From Bdellovibrionota bacterium (GTDB lineage Bacteria; Bdellovibrionota_C; UBA2361; JBIKUX01), in assembly GCA_044347345.1 (NCBI GenBank), contig JBIKUX010000001.1:97024-161023 (forward strand): 64,000 nt of DNA, in the 5' to 3' direction. How positions within the stretch are numbered: position 1 is the first letter of the stretch; each line of letters opens with the position of its first letter. The position numbers and the translations under genes are program-made. This document shows, piece after piece, positions 49,518 through 59,796 of this stretch. The notes beneath the pieces were generated by a model. It had not been told where the DNA came from. It ran no database searches and saw only the letters and a list, made by a program, of their open reading frames with translations.

Positions 49518-50660
49518 ATGATAAATCGATTTTTTGTTGTTCCAATCTTTTTGATGCTCTTTGGTATTATCACCGCGCTTACCACTGGAGAGATAGGCAT
49601 CCGCATATGGAATTATTTTTATAAAGATTATCTTCTATCAAAAACAGCGAATATCTTTACCACCACCAAAAAATCACCTAACGAAGATACCGAACAAATT
49701 AGAGCAGGAGAAACCTTAAAAGGTATAATTCAACCAAGTAGTCATCGCGATATTGTTTATGAATTAAGACCCAACTTACGAGGTATTTTTGTTGGAGCTC
49801 AGTTACGTACTAATCAATTTGGCATAAGAGGAAAAACGTACTCTATCAATAAACCCTCAGGAGGAGTGATTCGCATCGCTGGCATAGGCGACTCCGTTAT
49901 GTTTGGATGGGGTGTAAGTGAAGAAAAATCATACCTTTCACTTCTTGAAAAAAAACTCACAGATTCAGGAGTAAAGACAGAAGTACTAAATTTTGCTGTT
50001 CCCGGCTACAATACAACTATGGAGGTTGCTACATTCGAGCACCGAGTTCTGCCATTTAATCCTGATTTAGTCATTATTCACTTTGTAAACAATGACCTCG
50101 GTGTACCTCAATTTATGACCAAACCGCCCTTACCTCCCACTATATTTCATTCTCAATTACTTGGATTGATAGTACCAAAAATAAATTTAATCAAAGAAAG
50201 ATTGGATAGATTTTACAATTCTTCTACAGGTGATTTAGAGGAAGAGGCTCTTAAAGACGATAGAGTGCTAAATTCTGACGTAATGCTACAAGGAAGCCCA
50301 GAGGAAACTAACGCTCAGTACAGATATATGGTTGGTGAAAATAGCTATAGAACCGCCATGAAACGCTTAGTTGAATTAACTAAATTACACAACATTCCTC
50401 TAATAATTTTATATGGAGGCGAAAATAAGCTTATAAAAAGGCTAATAATAAACGGAGTAGCAAAAAGGCATAATCTAGTGACAGTTGAAGCAAAACCAAT
50501 TGTTGACTCCTATTTTTTTACTAATCATCCAGATATTTCAAAAAGCAAACGGAGAGAGCTTCTAACTTTGTCGGATAAAGACCCTCATCCAAATGTCTTG
50601 GGACATTACTTATATTCGGAAGCACTCTATCCGGTTGTAAAAAATTTATTAGCAAGATAG
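49518..50660 (+). CDS. SGNH/GDSL-family hydrolase with an N-terminal membrane anchor.
   Basis: N-terminal TM helix. GDS motif block (IRIAGIGDSVMFGWG). A later DLVIIHFVNND block. Confidence 0.55.
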   Translation: MINRFFVVPIFLMLFGIITALTTGEIGIRIWNYFYKDYLLSKTANIFTTTKKSPNEDTEQIRAGETLKGIIQPSSHRDIVYELRPNLRGIFVGAQLRTNQFGIRGKTYSINKPSGGVIRIAGIGDSVMFGWGVSEEKSYLSLLEKKLTDSGVKTEVLNFAVPGYNTTMEVATFEHRVLPFNPDLVIIHFVNNDLGVPQFMTKPPLPPTIFHSQLLGLIVPKINLIKERLDRFYNSSTGDLEEEALKDDRVLNSDVMLQGSPEETNAQYRYMVGENSYRTAMKRLVELTKLHNIPLIILYGGENKLIKRLIINGVAKRHNLVTVEAKPIVDSYFFTNHPDISKSKRRELLTLSDKDPHPNVLGHYLYSEALYPVVKNLLAR

Positions 50661-50663
50661 TTT

Positions 50664-51620
50664 CTAAGTTATTTTTTGTGCTAGCTTTGGTCTTTGCAAA
50701 AACCAAACTACTCCTCCTAACAATGCAAGAAAAAGTACTTTAGCACGAAGCACAAGCGCTATACTGAGTGCTTCTTCAGTAGTTGCTCCAATTAACCCAA
50801 GAAAATATACAAAAGCTCCCTCCTGAATACCTATGCCGCTGGGTGTAAGTGGCATAGCTCCAACAAGTAAAATTAACGGCAATACACCAAACAACATCGG
50901 CAAGGATACTGTAGTCCATCCTACTGCCCAAGCAGCTACAAGAGTATTTATTGCTGAAAAGGCATGAAACAAAAAAGACAATAACATTATACGAACCAAC
51001 ACAGATTTATTATCAGTGATAATGGCCATTTCTTTGAGGAGTAATTTGGTATTACTGCTGATAACCGGCGGTAACCAAGATAATGTATCGACTAAAAGAA
51101 TAATACGGCTACGAACGGGTGCTGTACAGAGAATTAGAATCAAACAAATTATGAAAGCAATTACCAACACAGCGTAAGTTACTCCAGTAGGTAATTCTCC
51201 AACAAAAATGAGAGATAAAATAGCTAACGCTACCATGGCTACAAGTCCTGAAAACCGTTCAAATATGGTGCTTAAAAAAGAAGCCTTATACCCAGCCCCA
51301 TCATTACTTACTGCAAGAGTTCTCACGACATCTCCGCCAACATGGCTTGGAAGAAGCGTATTACAAAAATATCCAAGCAGGTACAGAGATAAAAGACGTA
51401 TAACAGATGGAGCAGATCCAAAAATAGCCAAGAGAGTGCGCCACTTTAAAACACTAATGTATAAAAGTATAAAAGATATAAAACAAAGACCTATTAGTTG
51501 AGAAGCATGTATCTTAGCTACTACCGTCCAAAACTGCTTGACATCTGTTAAGGTAAGTAAAATTCCTATAGCTATAATAGCTAGGAACTTCTTACCAATG
51601 CCAATAAATCTACTTACCAT
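50664..51620 (-). CDS. Polytopic membrane protein of the UPF0104 / lysyl-PG-synthase-TM-like ('flippase-like') family.
   Basis: 318 aa with about 8 TM helices. Overlaps the GT-C gene start by 11 bp, so it is in the same operon. Confidence 0.5.
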   Translation of the reverse strand: MVSRFIGIGKKFLAIIAIGILLTLTDVKQFWTVVAKIHASQLIGLCFISFILLYISVLKWRTLLAIFGSAPSVIRLLSLYLLGYFCNTLLPSHVGGDVVRTLAVSNDGAGYKASFLSTIFERFSGLVAMVALAILSLIFVGELPTGVTYAVLVIAFIICLILILCTAPVRSRIILLVDTLSWLPPVISSNTKLLLKEMAIITDNKSVLVRIMLLSFLFHAFSAINTLVAAWAVGWTTVSLPMLFGVLPLILLVGAMPLTPSGIGIQEGAFVYFLGLIGATTEEALSIALVLRAKVLFLALLGGVVWFLQRPKLAQKIT

Positions 51621-53616
51621 AAATATTTATCTCAGCAATTGACCAATCAAATATGGGATCCTTACCTATCTGTCTAAGACGAATGGCTTGGCACTGAGGA
51701 TGATCATTAAACCGTAGTTTAACTGGGTGTAAACTACTCCTTGAAAGATTAGCTTGAACATAATGTACAGCGGGATAATCTTCGGAACTAAGTAAAATTC
51801 TACTTTTACCATCTATTTCACAAGTTATAACAAGTCCTCGAGCTGCATCCGTATACCAAATGCCATAATCAATAGATATCCCAAGTACCTCTTTAGGCTG
51901 ACTCCAGCCTAATACTATGAACATATCTGATACTTGAGGTGCGCTACTTCCCCATCTAGTTTCATTATTTCCATCTATTGCTTTATAAAGCTCTTGAGGA
52001 TTATGTGAAGTATTAAATGTTTCTACCGGCAACATTTTAGAAGAATCTAATTCTGGTAGATTAATCTTAGATATTACACTATACTCGCCCACTTTTTCTT
52101 CAATAAAAGTAGCTCCTAGTGCAGCTAATCCTTTTTGAACAATATCACCCTGTAAATTAGTCATAACCAGAGGAACCGCCGACACTGGTAAAGCATCTGT
52201 AAATTTCTGATAATCAGCAATTCGAATCTGATTTGGCTCACCAAAAATACCAAAACGAACAGCTTCATTAGTTTCAAAAGCTAATCTATACCCTATCCAA
52301 TAATTTGTTCTAACAGCCGCTATATGATTACTAGAAAGCCACTTTATCAAAGCATCATTATCACGTGCTACCCTCTCCCCCTTAAAAACATGAGGCTCTC
52401 CTGGGGTTGCTCTACCACCGTAATAAGATGAACACAGATTAAAAAATATAAGTAATACAGTTCCAGAAATAATCAGCCATCTTCTGGTATGAAAACTTGA
52501 TAACGCACACCCATATATCACAGCGAGCATCGGATAAAGTGGCAAAAGATACCTAGGAGCCTGAACAAGAGCACCAAATGAACTAAGAATAAATATTAAA
52601 AAAGTACCTACTAAAAATGAAATCGAAATGCATATTTGGGGTAATGTAGCATTATCTTGTTTATAGGCCTTAACAGAGATAACAACAAATCTACAAACGA
52701 GAATAACAAAAATCAGATTAGCAAAAACATTGGCTCCCAAAAATAGGCTATTCTCATGCCAAAAACGCCTTGCCCCGAGGATTGTAGGAAGCGCTACACT
52801 AAAAAAGCCCTTGATATGAGAAGCAATAGATGTTGTTGGTTGAAATATACCAAAAGAGGCAAATGAATTATTAATGTTGTACCACCAAAAAGGACTACTA
52901 CCAATTAGAAATCCTACCACTCCTAAAATACTAAACTTAATTATCTCGATTTGCCTTCTATAAAATCTAAGGATCCAGAAAATATACCCAAAAAAAATCG
53001 CCACTATAGCGAAAATTATCTGATTATTTGTCCACCATCCTAAACCTAACACTAAACCTAAGATAAATATTCGATATTTATCTTGCGATAACACTGAATA
53101 TTTCACTAAATATATCGCTAAAAGAAGAGCAATCGTAGTAATAACTACAATTTCAATAAAACCTCCTCTAGCCATACCACTCCACACTATAAGTGGTGAC
53201 GGCGCTACCCCAACTAAAATAGTTGAGATGCGCGCGGAAGATAACCGTTTAAAGTGGTCTTTATTAAAAATTATGCTTGCAAGTTCACTTCCAAGAAGAT
53301 AAACGAGGGGGACAAGCACTATACTCCAACAAAGTGGTACCGCCTTTAAAGTAGCTGAACTTAAGCCAAAAATAGCAAAAATAATTGCTGCACATAATGG
53401 CTCAAGAGAGCCCATATAATGCTGTCCATAATAGAAAATAGGAACATCTTTACCCTCAAGGATATGCTTTCCCATCAGACCAACAATGGCTTCATCGCTA
53501 TCAATGGTAAAATTAGACGCATATTGAAGGTCAATTCGAAGTAACAAGCTTAATGCAGAAATAAACAGGATGAAGATCCAATCTTTTCTGAGTAAGTTAA
53601 CCCACTCTTTGAGCAT
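51610..53616 (-). CDS. GT-C fold membrane glycosyltransferase (PMT/ArnT-like, GT39/83-type) fused to a C-terminal discoidin-like (F5/8 type C) carbohydrate-binding domain.
   Basis: 668 aa. More than 10 TM helices. A DSDEA motif in the first extracytoplasmic loop is typical of the PMT/ArnT family. The C-terminal ~150 aa (AIDGNNETRWGSSAPQVSDMFIVLGW) resemble the discoidin fold. Confidence 0.6.
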   Translation of the reverse strand: MLKEWVNLLRKDWIFILFISALSLLLRIDLQYASNFTIDSDEAIVGLMGKHILEGKDVPIFYYGQHYMGSLEPLCAAIIFAIFGLSSATLKAVPLCWSIVLVPLVYLLGSELASIIFNKDHFKRLSSARISTILVGVAPSPLIVWSGMARGGFIEIVVITTIALLLAIYLVKYSVLSQDKYRIFILGLVLGLGWWTNNQIIFAIVAIFFGYIFWILRFYRRQIEIIKFSILGVVGFLIGSSPFWWYNINNSFASFGIFQPTTSIASHIKGFFSVALPTILGARRFWHENSLFLGANVFANLIFVILVCRFVVISVKAYKQDNATLPQICISISFLVGTFLIFILSSFGALVQAPRYLLPLYPMLAVIYGCALSSFHTRRWLIISGTVLLIFFNLCSSYYGGRATPGEPHVFKGERVARDNDALIKWLSSNHIAAVRTNYWIGYRLAFETNEAVRFGIFGEPNQIRIADYQKFTDALPVSAVPLVMTNLQGDIVQKGLAALGATFIEEKVGEYSVISKINLPELDSSKMLPVETFNTSHNPQELYKAIDGNNETRWGSSAPQVSDMFIVLGWSQPKEVLGISIDYGIWYTDAARGLVITCEIDGKSRILLSSEDYPAVHYVQANLSRSSLHPVKLRFNDHPQCQAIRLRQIGKDPIFDWSIAEINIYGK

Positions 53617-53630
53617 ACCGAATCAACTCA

Positions 53631-54848
53631 CTATACAAATCTCTCATATACAGAAAGAGTCTTTCGACCAGTCTCATCCCAAGTATACTGTCTTGCCCAT
53701 TTACGGCCACGAGCTCTTCTAGTATTCAAATAATCTGAAGATGAACGTAAATAATGAATAGTAGCAGATACTCCATCATCAATCTTTGTTGGGTCAAAGT
53801 AGAGAGCTTCATCTCCCAGCACCTCCGGAAGAGAGGAGGTATTACTACTTACTACCGGTACACCTGCTGCTAGTGCCTCAAGAGGTGGTAATCCAAATCC
53901 TTCATATAAACTTGGAAATAAAAAAATTGCAGCACCTTGATAAAGAGCCAAAAGATCATCGTCACTAACAAAGCCTATACATCTAACCTCATCTCGCAAA
54001 TCATTATCACGAATAAGTGCTAGTAAGTTTGGGAAATTACGATCATCTTCTATTTTTCCAGCTAAAACCAAGATGGGCGAAACTCTGTTGGAGAGCCTTT
54101 CAGCCTCATGAACTAATTTGTACAACCTGATTAACCCATTCATATTTTTTCGTTCATCAATACCTCCGACATACAATAAATAGGGTCGTTCCGAGGGTAA
54201 TTGATACTTAGCTCTTATATTTTGTATCAGATCGGGATGTGCTTCACCAAAGAAGCGGTCATCCACACCTAAGGGAGTAACAGTTATCCTATCCAAAGGG
54301 ATGCCGAGTAATTTATGACAATCACGTGCCGTGCACTCACTTATAGCCAATAAGTGCTTTGCTCCTCTAATAGCTCTAAGCTCAAGCCAACGAGCTAGAG
54401 TAAATCTCATATCCACAGATGCAGGTTTGTAGAGGTCTTGTAAAATTAACGGTATTAAATCTAGTACCGTAACTACATAAGGTACGGTTGCCCATGACGG
54501 AGCATCCATGTGAGCCGGAAAATGTAATAAAGAAAATTGCCGCATTCGTGCGCTTTTTAATTGTAGTGGATAGCACAACTGTTGCCTTACAGTTTGCCTA
54601 CCGCGAGGAAGAAGAGATATAAGATTTTCGATATAGGACGGTAAAGAAGACCATGAATGATCAAACATTCCAACTTCTACTTTCTCAGTAGAATTAGTCT
54701 CATTCAATGATTTAACTAAACCAACTCTTGTAAAGTAATCAAATAAAGACTTAACGTAGCGCCCTATTCCTCTTCCAGCATGCGCCTTAAATGTAGGATC
54801 TAAAGCACTACAATCTACTCCAACGCAGATACCTCCCGCTACCTTCAT
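53631..54848 (-). CDS. Glycosyltransferase family 4 (GT-B, retaining).
   Basis: C-terminal EGFGLPPLEALAAGVPVV motif. 405 aa. Confidence 0.8.
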   Translation of the reverse strand: MKVAGGICVGVDCSALDPTFKAHAGRGIGRYVKSLFDYFTRVGLVKSLNETNSTEKVEVGMFDHSWSSLPSYIENLISLLPRGRQTVRQQLCYPLQLKSARMRQFSLLHFPAHMDAPSWATVPYVVTVLDLIPLILQDLYKPASVDMRFTLARWLELRAIRGAKHLLAISECTARDCHKLLGIPLDRITVTPLGVDDRFFGEAHPDLIQNIRAKYQLPSERPYLLYVGGIDERKNMNGLIRLYKLVHEAERLSNRVSPILVLAGKIEDDRNFPNLLALIRDNDLRDEVRCIGFVSDDDLLALYQGAAIFLFPSLYEGFGLPPLEALAAGVPVVSSNTSSLPEVLGDEALYFDPTKIDDGVSATIHYLRSSSDYLNTRRARGRKWARQYTWDETGRKTLSVYERFV

Positions 54849-55960
54849 CGTTGCTCACTCGCCCGCCTACACGAAGAAAGCGTAGAAGATTCAATAAGTG
54901 TGATAGCAGATTTAGCAAAATTAGCCTCAGAAAAAGCGTTAGCCCTTATCTTGCCGGCATCAATTAAAGACCTACGAAGTGAAACATCCCGATGAACAAG
55001 AGCCACAAGTTCGGCTATCTCTGCATGACGCTTCTCTTTAAACAATATACCAGCCTCACCCATAGTTTCCGCTACAGCCCCTGCATCAAATGCAAGAACC
55101 GGAAGCCCCTCTGACATAGCTTCAAGAATCGGTAAACAAAATCCTTCATGTTCACTCATTCCGAGATAAACACTAGACCCACGGTAAAAAGCCCGAACTT
55201 CCTCATCGGCACAACCACCAGTAAAGCGAACAGCATCACGAATACCAAGCTCATAAGCCAACCGCTTTAGATGGAAGGAATAAACTTCGGTATCGGTATC
55301 AATACCAACTAACCATAGAGTACTTTTTTTTTCGATATAATGATGAAGGAAGTAAAATACCTTAAGAAGGTCCTCAATACTTTTATTAGGAGCAATACGG
55401 CCAACATGAAGAAGATTCAGATGACCAGATTTTTGAAGTAGAGAAAGGATACCCATATTAGGTGCGGTATTTTTTTCCTCTCCCCAACGCACTCCTCCAA
55501 CCGGAAGTGGTAAAACAGAGCAGGTAAAGCCAAGATTTCTCAGTTCCTCAGCATTAAAATTTGAATCAGCCACAAGTTGATCGCTTGCCAGACACAAAGT
55601 TGGAAGCTCCTCGTAGCCCCTAACTAAATCAGCCGCTACACGAGGATTAATGCTATAAAACCAATGAGCCGGTGTCATATTATGATAAACAAGAACTCGC
55701 GAAGCTCGCTTAAGATCAAGGTAGCTCTGATTAAGAGGAGATCCGATGGAATAATGTAATATTATCTTTCCTTCAAATTCAGGAGATAATGAGAGATAAC
55801 TTTTGGTTTCATTAGCATAACGAGGGTGAGTATTTATCGTAAAAATGTCGCTCTTATACCCACAATTGCTAAACGCATTACGCAATGCTCGTACTTCACC
55901 AGAAATGGCATCACCATAACTTAAAGTATGAACAAGCTGATGTATCTCTCCTTTTGTCAT
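54845..55960 (-). CDS. Glycosyltransferase family 4. Proposed start is the internal Met (MTKGEIHQLV) overlapping the wzm stop by ATGA; the ORF track start at 56050 overlaps wzm by 94 bp.
   Basis: EGFCLPILEAMSEGLPVLAFDAGA motif. Confidence 0.8.
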   Translation of the reverse strand: MTKGEIHQLVHTLSYGDAISGEVRALRNAFSNCGYKSDIFTINTHPRYANETKSYLSLSPEFEGKIILHYSIGSPLNQSYLDLKRASRVLVYHNMTPAHWFYSINPRVAADLVRGYEELPTLCLASDQLVADSNFNAEELRNLGFTCSVLPLPVGGVRWGEEKNTAPNMGILSLLQKSGHLNLLHVGRIAPNKSIEDLLKVFYFLHHYIEKKSTLWLVGIDTDTEVYSFHLKRLAYELGIRDAVRFTGGCADEEVRAFYRGSSVYLGMSEHEGFCLPILEAMSEGLPVLAFDAGAVAETMGEAGILFKEKRHAEIAELVALVHRDVSLRRSLIDAGKIRANAFSEANFAKSAITLIESSTLSSCRRASEQR

Positions 55961-56751
55961 AGAACTTCCGCAAACCCCTCGCGATAATTTCCATAGGTAA
56001 ACATTCCTAAAACTAAGGAAAAAGCACTCCAAACAAAAAGGATTAACCAATGTGTTACGGAAGGAATAGCACCTTTAAGAAGGATGGAATTATACATTAA
56101 GACTAGCAACGAAAATGGATTCAAATAAAAAAGTATATGATATTTAGTGGGAGCTACACTCAATGGATATATTATTGGACATAGAAAAAACACCAAGCCC
56201 AACAAGTTAGTAATTAAATGCTGTATATCTCTAAAAAATACATTCAATGAACTTAAAGCTAAGACAATCCCAGTCAAAAGTACAAACTGTAATACAACAA
56301 GAATCGGAAGAAAAATTAATGTCCACGGTATAGACACCTCATCTATCCACATAAATAAAAATAACAACGGTAATGATAAGAGAAAATTTACCAAAGTCGT
56401 CAGCACACTTACCACTGGAAGTATCGCAGCAGGGAATAATGATTTAGTGATTAAGGTACCACCCGAGGCGATAGCAATTGTACCTTCAGCTAAGGCTGAT
56501 GCACACCAGAGCCAGGGTAAAAGTCCACAAAAAAGAAAAATCGCATAATGCTCGACTTGGTTAAAGCGCATGTAATAGTGGAAGACCACTGTATAAACAA
56601 GCATCATACACAAAGGATTTAATAGCGACCACAATAACCCTAAAAAAGACCCACGATAGCGAGCATGAAGATGCCGCCCGACAAGGGCACTAATTAATGC
56701 TCGATATTTAATCAAGTCACGCAACAACACTATTAAATCTCCATCGGACAT
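55957..56751 (-). CDS. wzm: ABC-2 type polysaccharide export permease (Wzm/KpsM-like).
   Basis: 264 aa with 6 TM helices. The N-terminus (LISALVGRHLHARYRGSFLGLLWSLLNP) is typical of Wzm. Paired with wzt. Confidence 0.75.
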   Translation of the reverse strand: MSDGDLIVLLRDLIKYRALISALVGRHLHARYRGSFLGLLWSLLNPLCMMLVYTVVFHYYMRFNQVEHYAIFLFCGLLPWLWCASALAEGTIAIASGGTLITKSLFPAAILPVVSVLTTLVNFLLSLPLLFLFMWIDEVSIPWTLIFLPILVVLQFVLLTGIVLALSSLNVFFRDIQHLITNLLGLVFFLCPIIYPLSVAPTKYHILFYLNPFSLLVLMYNSILLKGAIPSVTHWLILFVWSAFSLVLGMFTYGNYREGFAEVL

Positions 56752-58003
56752 TTGGACTAAATATACCGACTCTAGCGGCTTCTGTTCTTATTGCAAAATG
56801 ATAACATCCTCGAAAATAATCAAAGGAGTAGCCGTCAGAACTATGCACAGCTACGTCAATAGAATAGGAGCCATCTGTAAGTTCCCAACTACCTATATCA
56901 ACAGATACCATGCCTATCTTACCTAAGGGTGGGACAACCACCTTTTCAATCAGAGTATTAGTACCTATCACTAAAAGTCCGTCACTACGATTAACCGCTA
57001 TGCCGAAAACAACATCATGCTGATCTTGATTCACAGTATACAAGATAGTTAAACAACATTGCTCATCAGAACGAAAAACATGCGCCACAGCACCTGTACT
57101 GCTTAAAAGAGCAACTTCTTTAATTTCAATTTCACGACTACCCCATCTCTCTGAACGTGCATCTTGCAATAAAGTACCCTTTTTTTCTTCATGCAACGTA
57201 TCAGACAAATTATTAGTCACTAAACTAGACTCTTTACTTGCTAGTACTTCCTCTTCGCGTCCAGCAATAAAAGCACGATACTCATCAATGACACGGCGGG
57301 GTTGTCCACGGTCTTTTACTTCTCCCCCTTCTAGCCAAAGTACTTCATCACACCATCTCTCAACCGCACCTAAATCATGCGATACTATTAATAGAGTGCA
57401 GCCCTGTGCCCGTAACTCAGCTATTTTATCTTTACATTTTGCCTCAAAAGCAGCGTCGCCAACTGCAAGCACCTCATCAATTAAAAGTATGTCAGGATTA
57501 GTATGAACGGCTAAGCTAAATCCAAGCCGCATAAACATCCCAGATGAGTAAGTTCGTACCGGCTCATCAATAACTTCATGTAATTCAGCAAAACTGACAA
57601 TTGAATCGAAGCAACGGTCTAGATCTCGCTTAGTGAGCCCAAGAAGTAACGCACCAAGATGAAGATTTTCTCTACCTGTGAAGTCTGGATGAAACCCAGC
57701 ACCAAGCTCTATTAGAGCCGCCACACGACCCTTTACTGATATTTCACCAGTATCAGGAACATAAATGCCAGTGATTAGCTTAAGCAGCGTTGATTTACCT
57801 GAACCATTTCTTCCAATAACTCCAACGGAGTTTCCTTTAGGAATTCTCAAGGTAAGATTTGTTAGAATCGACCTTTTACTCGAAATACTTTTCTTCCCTT
57901 TTCCCTTAAAACTCACGATTAGCGATTTAAGGGATGAATAACCCGCTCCAAGAGATTGAAAAGCTTTGCTTACTGATCGAATGTCGATAACGTAATCGGG
58001 CAC
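56717..58003 (-). CDS. wzt: ABC polysaccharide export ATP-binding protein (Wzt/TagH-like) with an extra C-terminal, presumed glycan-binding, domain.
   Basis: Walker A (GRNGSGKSTLLK). Signature (YSSGMFMRLGFS). Walker B (LLIDEVLAVGD). A roughly 170-aa C-terminal extension, as in O-antigen Wzt proteins. Confidence 0.8.
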   Translation of the reverse strand: MPDYVIDIRSVSKAFQSLGAGYSSLKSLIVSFKGKGKKSISSKRSILTNLTLRIPKGNSVGVIGRNGSGKSTLLKLITGIYVPDTGEISVKGRVAALIELGAGFHPDFTGRENLHLGALLLGLTKRDLDRCFDSIVSFAELHEVIDEPVRTYSSGMFMRLGFSLAVHTNPDILLIDEVLAVGDAAFEAKCKDKIAELRAQGCTLLIVSHDLGAVERWCDEVLWLEGGEVKDRGQPRRVIDEYRAFIAGREEEVLASKESSLVTNNLSDTLHEEKKGTLLQDARSERWGSREIEIKEVALLSSTGAVAHVFRSDEQCCLTILYTVNQDQHDVVFGIAVNRSDGLLVIGTNTLIEKVVVPPLGKIGMVSVDIGSWELTDGSYSIDVAVHSSDGYSFDYFRGCYHFAIRTEAARVGIFSPNVRWRFNSVVA

Positions 58004-58020
58004 TTTTTTCCCTAATCTAC

Positions 58021-58581
58021 TTACTTTGAAGGTTGAATAATATAAACGTCAGAAAGGTTACGATAGCGGTCAAGCTCTTCCATACCATATCCTACAAACC
58101 ATTCATCACCACTATACTGAAAAACCTTCCACTCCGGATCAAACTCAGGATTAACAATAACTCGCTGAATCAACACTGCCGCCCGTACTTCCCGAGCCCC
58201 GGCACGAAGAAGGTGCGTAGTTAAGTGTTTTAAAGTACGACCAGAATCGCAAATATCATCAACTAAAAGAATACTTCTATCCCGAGCTTGACAATCCATT
58301 AGGTCTATTTGAAGCTCTGGCGCCGTTACTCCAACCTGATCAGTTAAATATCCCATCGTCCGCACAGGTTGAACCTGCACTGTGTTAGTTAAACACCGGA
58401 CGAGGTCTACAAAAAAAAATAACCCTCCTCTGAGTATTGGTACAGCTATTACATCTCTACCGGTCTCATTATAAGTGTTGCTGCACCAACCAGATATCTC
58501 TCGAGCTATAGGTTGAATAGCATCATTTATTTGAGCTTTCGAATAAATTAAGCGGAATCTATCAGGCTTATACATCGACAT
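58021..58581 (-). CDS. hpt: Hypoxanthine(-guanine) phosphoribosyltransferase.
   Basis: PRPP-binding motif (LLVDDICDSGRTL). 186 aa. Confidence 0.85.
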   Translation of the reverse strand: MSMYKPDRFRLIYSKAQINDAIQPIAREISGWCSNTYNETGRDVIAVPILRGGLFFFVDLVRCLTNTVQVQPVRTMGYLTDQVGVTAPELQIDLMDCQARDRSILLVDDICDSGRTLKHLTTHLLRAGAREVRAAVLIQRVIVNPEFDPEWKVFQYSGDEWFVGYGMEELDRYRNLSDVYIIQPSK

Positions 58582-58662
58582 TTCACTTGATATTTAAAAC
58601 AGCAATAGAGAAACTTAATAATCAGTTGATAAAATGTAGCGCTAAAAAATGTTTACCATAAT

Positions 58663-59262
58663 ATGACACCACTAAAGTCTTCTTCACCACTTTTTGCTAC
58701 AACTGTACAATTTGTTATCGCTCTTACTCTTTCCTCATGTTACCGCGAGACAGAGGACAGAGTCGAGACATCCCCTTCTCAACAACAATTTGAATCAAAA
58801 AACCAAGACGACAATAATTCTCTTCTCAACAAAGACGGATTACTCGATACCGTAAAAAAATCAGCTCAGAGTTTGGGAGTAATTCTTGACGAAAAATCTA
58901 GTCAACTAGAGCAAAGTGCTAAACAAGAAGTAAGTAAGCTACTTACTCTCGAGTACAAGGTCGTATTTATTAAAGCTCCAGAGTTTATTAACATTTCTGA
59001 TTCAAACTCTCAAAAAACAATATTTCATAATCAAAATACTACATCGTCTTTACCAGAAAGTGATGCTTCATTAGAACAGGTAAAAAATAAAAGACTAGGC
59101 GCAGATGTCTTTGAACTCGAAGAAGCCCTCCGTCAGCTAGGAGCCGATAGTTGGGATTGTTATAGCTTATTAGATACACAAGAAGGGACTCGCCTCACCT
59201 GCAAACGACCATCTCAGAGTTACTTGAGATGGATTCTGAAAAGAAACCCCCTTGGTTTTTAG
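58663..59262 (+). CDS. Hypothetical lipoprotein (199 aa).
   Basis: Signal peptide with a lipobox-like LTLSSC. No other motif. Confidence 0.45.
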   Translation: MTPLKSSSPLFATTVQFVIALTLSSCYRETEDRVETSPSQQQFESKNQDDNNSLLNKDGLLDTVKKSAQSLGVILDEKSSQLEQSAKQEVSKLLTLEYKVVFIKAPEFINISDSNSQKTIFHNQNTTSSLPESDASLEQVKNKRLGADVFELEEALRQLGADSWDCYSLLDTQEGTRLTCKRPSQSYLRWILKRNPLGF

Positions 59263-59388
59263 AGGCTAAAAACAATACTAAGTTGTTCAAAAGACTTTTG
59301 TATTTGCTCTGCCGGTACTTGCTCTACCAAAGTCAGGTAAGCTGGATTTGTAATACCGGATAGCTGAACAAATATTTAAAAGATCGGC

Positions 59389-59694
59389 CTACCAGCTAGC
59401 CTTCTTAAGGCCGGGTATAACTCCCTCATGCGCAAGTTCGCGAAGCACAATTCGCGATATCATATACTTACGATACACTCCACGTCCTCGACCAGTCAAT
59501 TGACACCTGTTTCGAACGCGATTTGGTGCACTATTCCTAGGTAGAGCTTGTAATTTGACGCGAGCTATATAACGTTCCTCGTCAGAAAGAGAAAAATCTA
59601 ACGAACGAGCCTTTAGGTCAGCACGCTTGCTTGCATGCTGCGCGACTAACTTTTTACGCTTTTCATTTCGGAGGACTACACTTTTCTTGGCCAT
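59389..59694 (-). CDS. rpsN: 30S ribosomal protein S14 in the long, zinc-independent form, located outside any ribosomal-protein operon.
   Basis: 101 aa. The [15 protein letters not shown]...[41 protein letters not shown] sequence is a canonical S14 with one Cys and no CxxC...CxxC. Its neighbours are hpt and an ABC importer, not rplE/rpsH. Confidence 0.9.
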   Translation of the reverse strand: MAKKSVVLRNEKRKKLVAQHASKRADLKARSLDFSLSDEERYIARVKLQALPRNSAPNRVRNRCQLTGRGRGVYRKYMISRIVLRELAHEGVIPGLKKASW

Positions 59695-59796
59695 AACTAA
59701 AATTCTTTTAACACCTCAACAGATTACTGTCTCTATATTTAAAGTCAAGTAGCCTACTACTCTATCCCAACTTTTGAATACTTAACTTTTGAATAC

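Noticed and set aside
59263-59388. Candidate intrinsic terminator between the lipoprotein gene and rpsN
   Set aside because: Only weak, imperfect inverted repeats (ccggta...taccgg) without a convincing U-tract on either strand.
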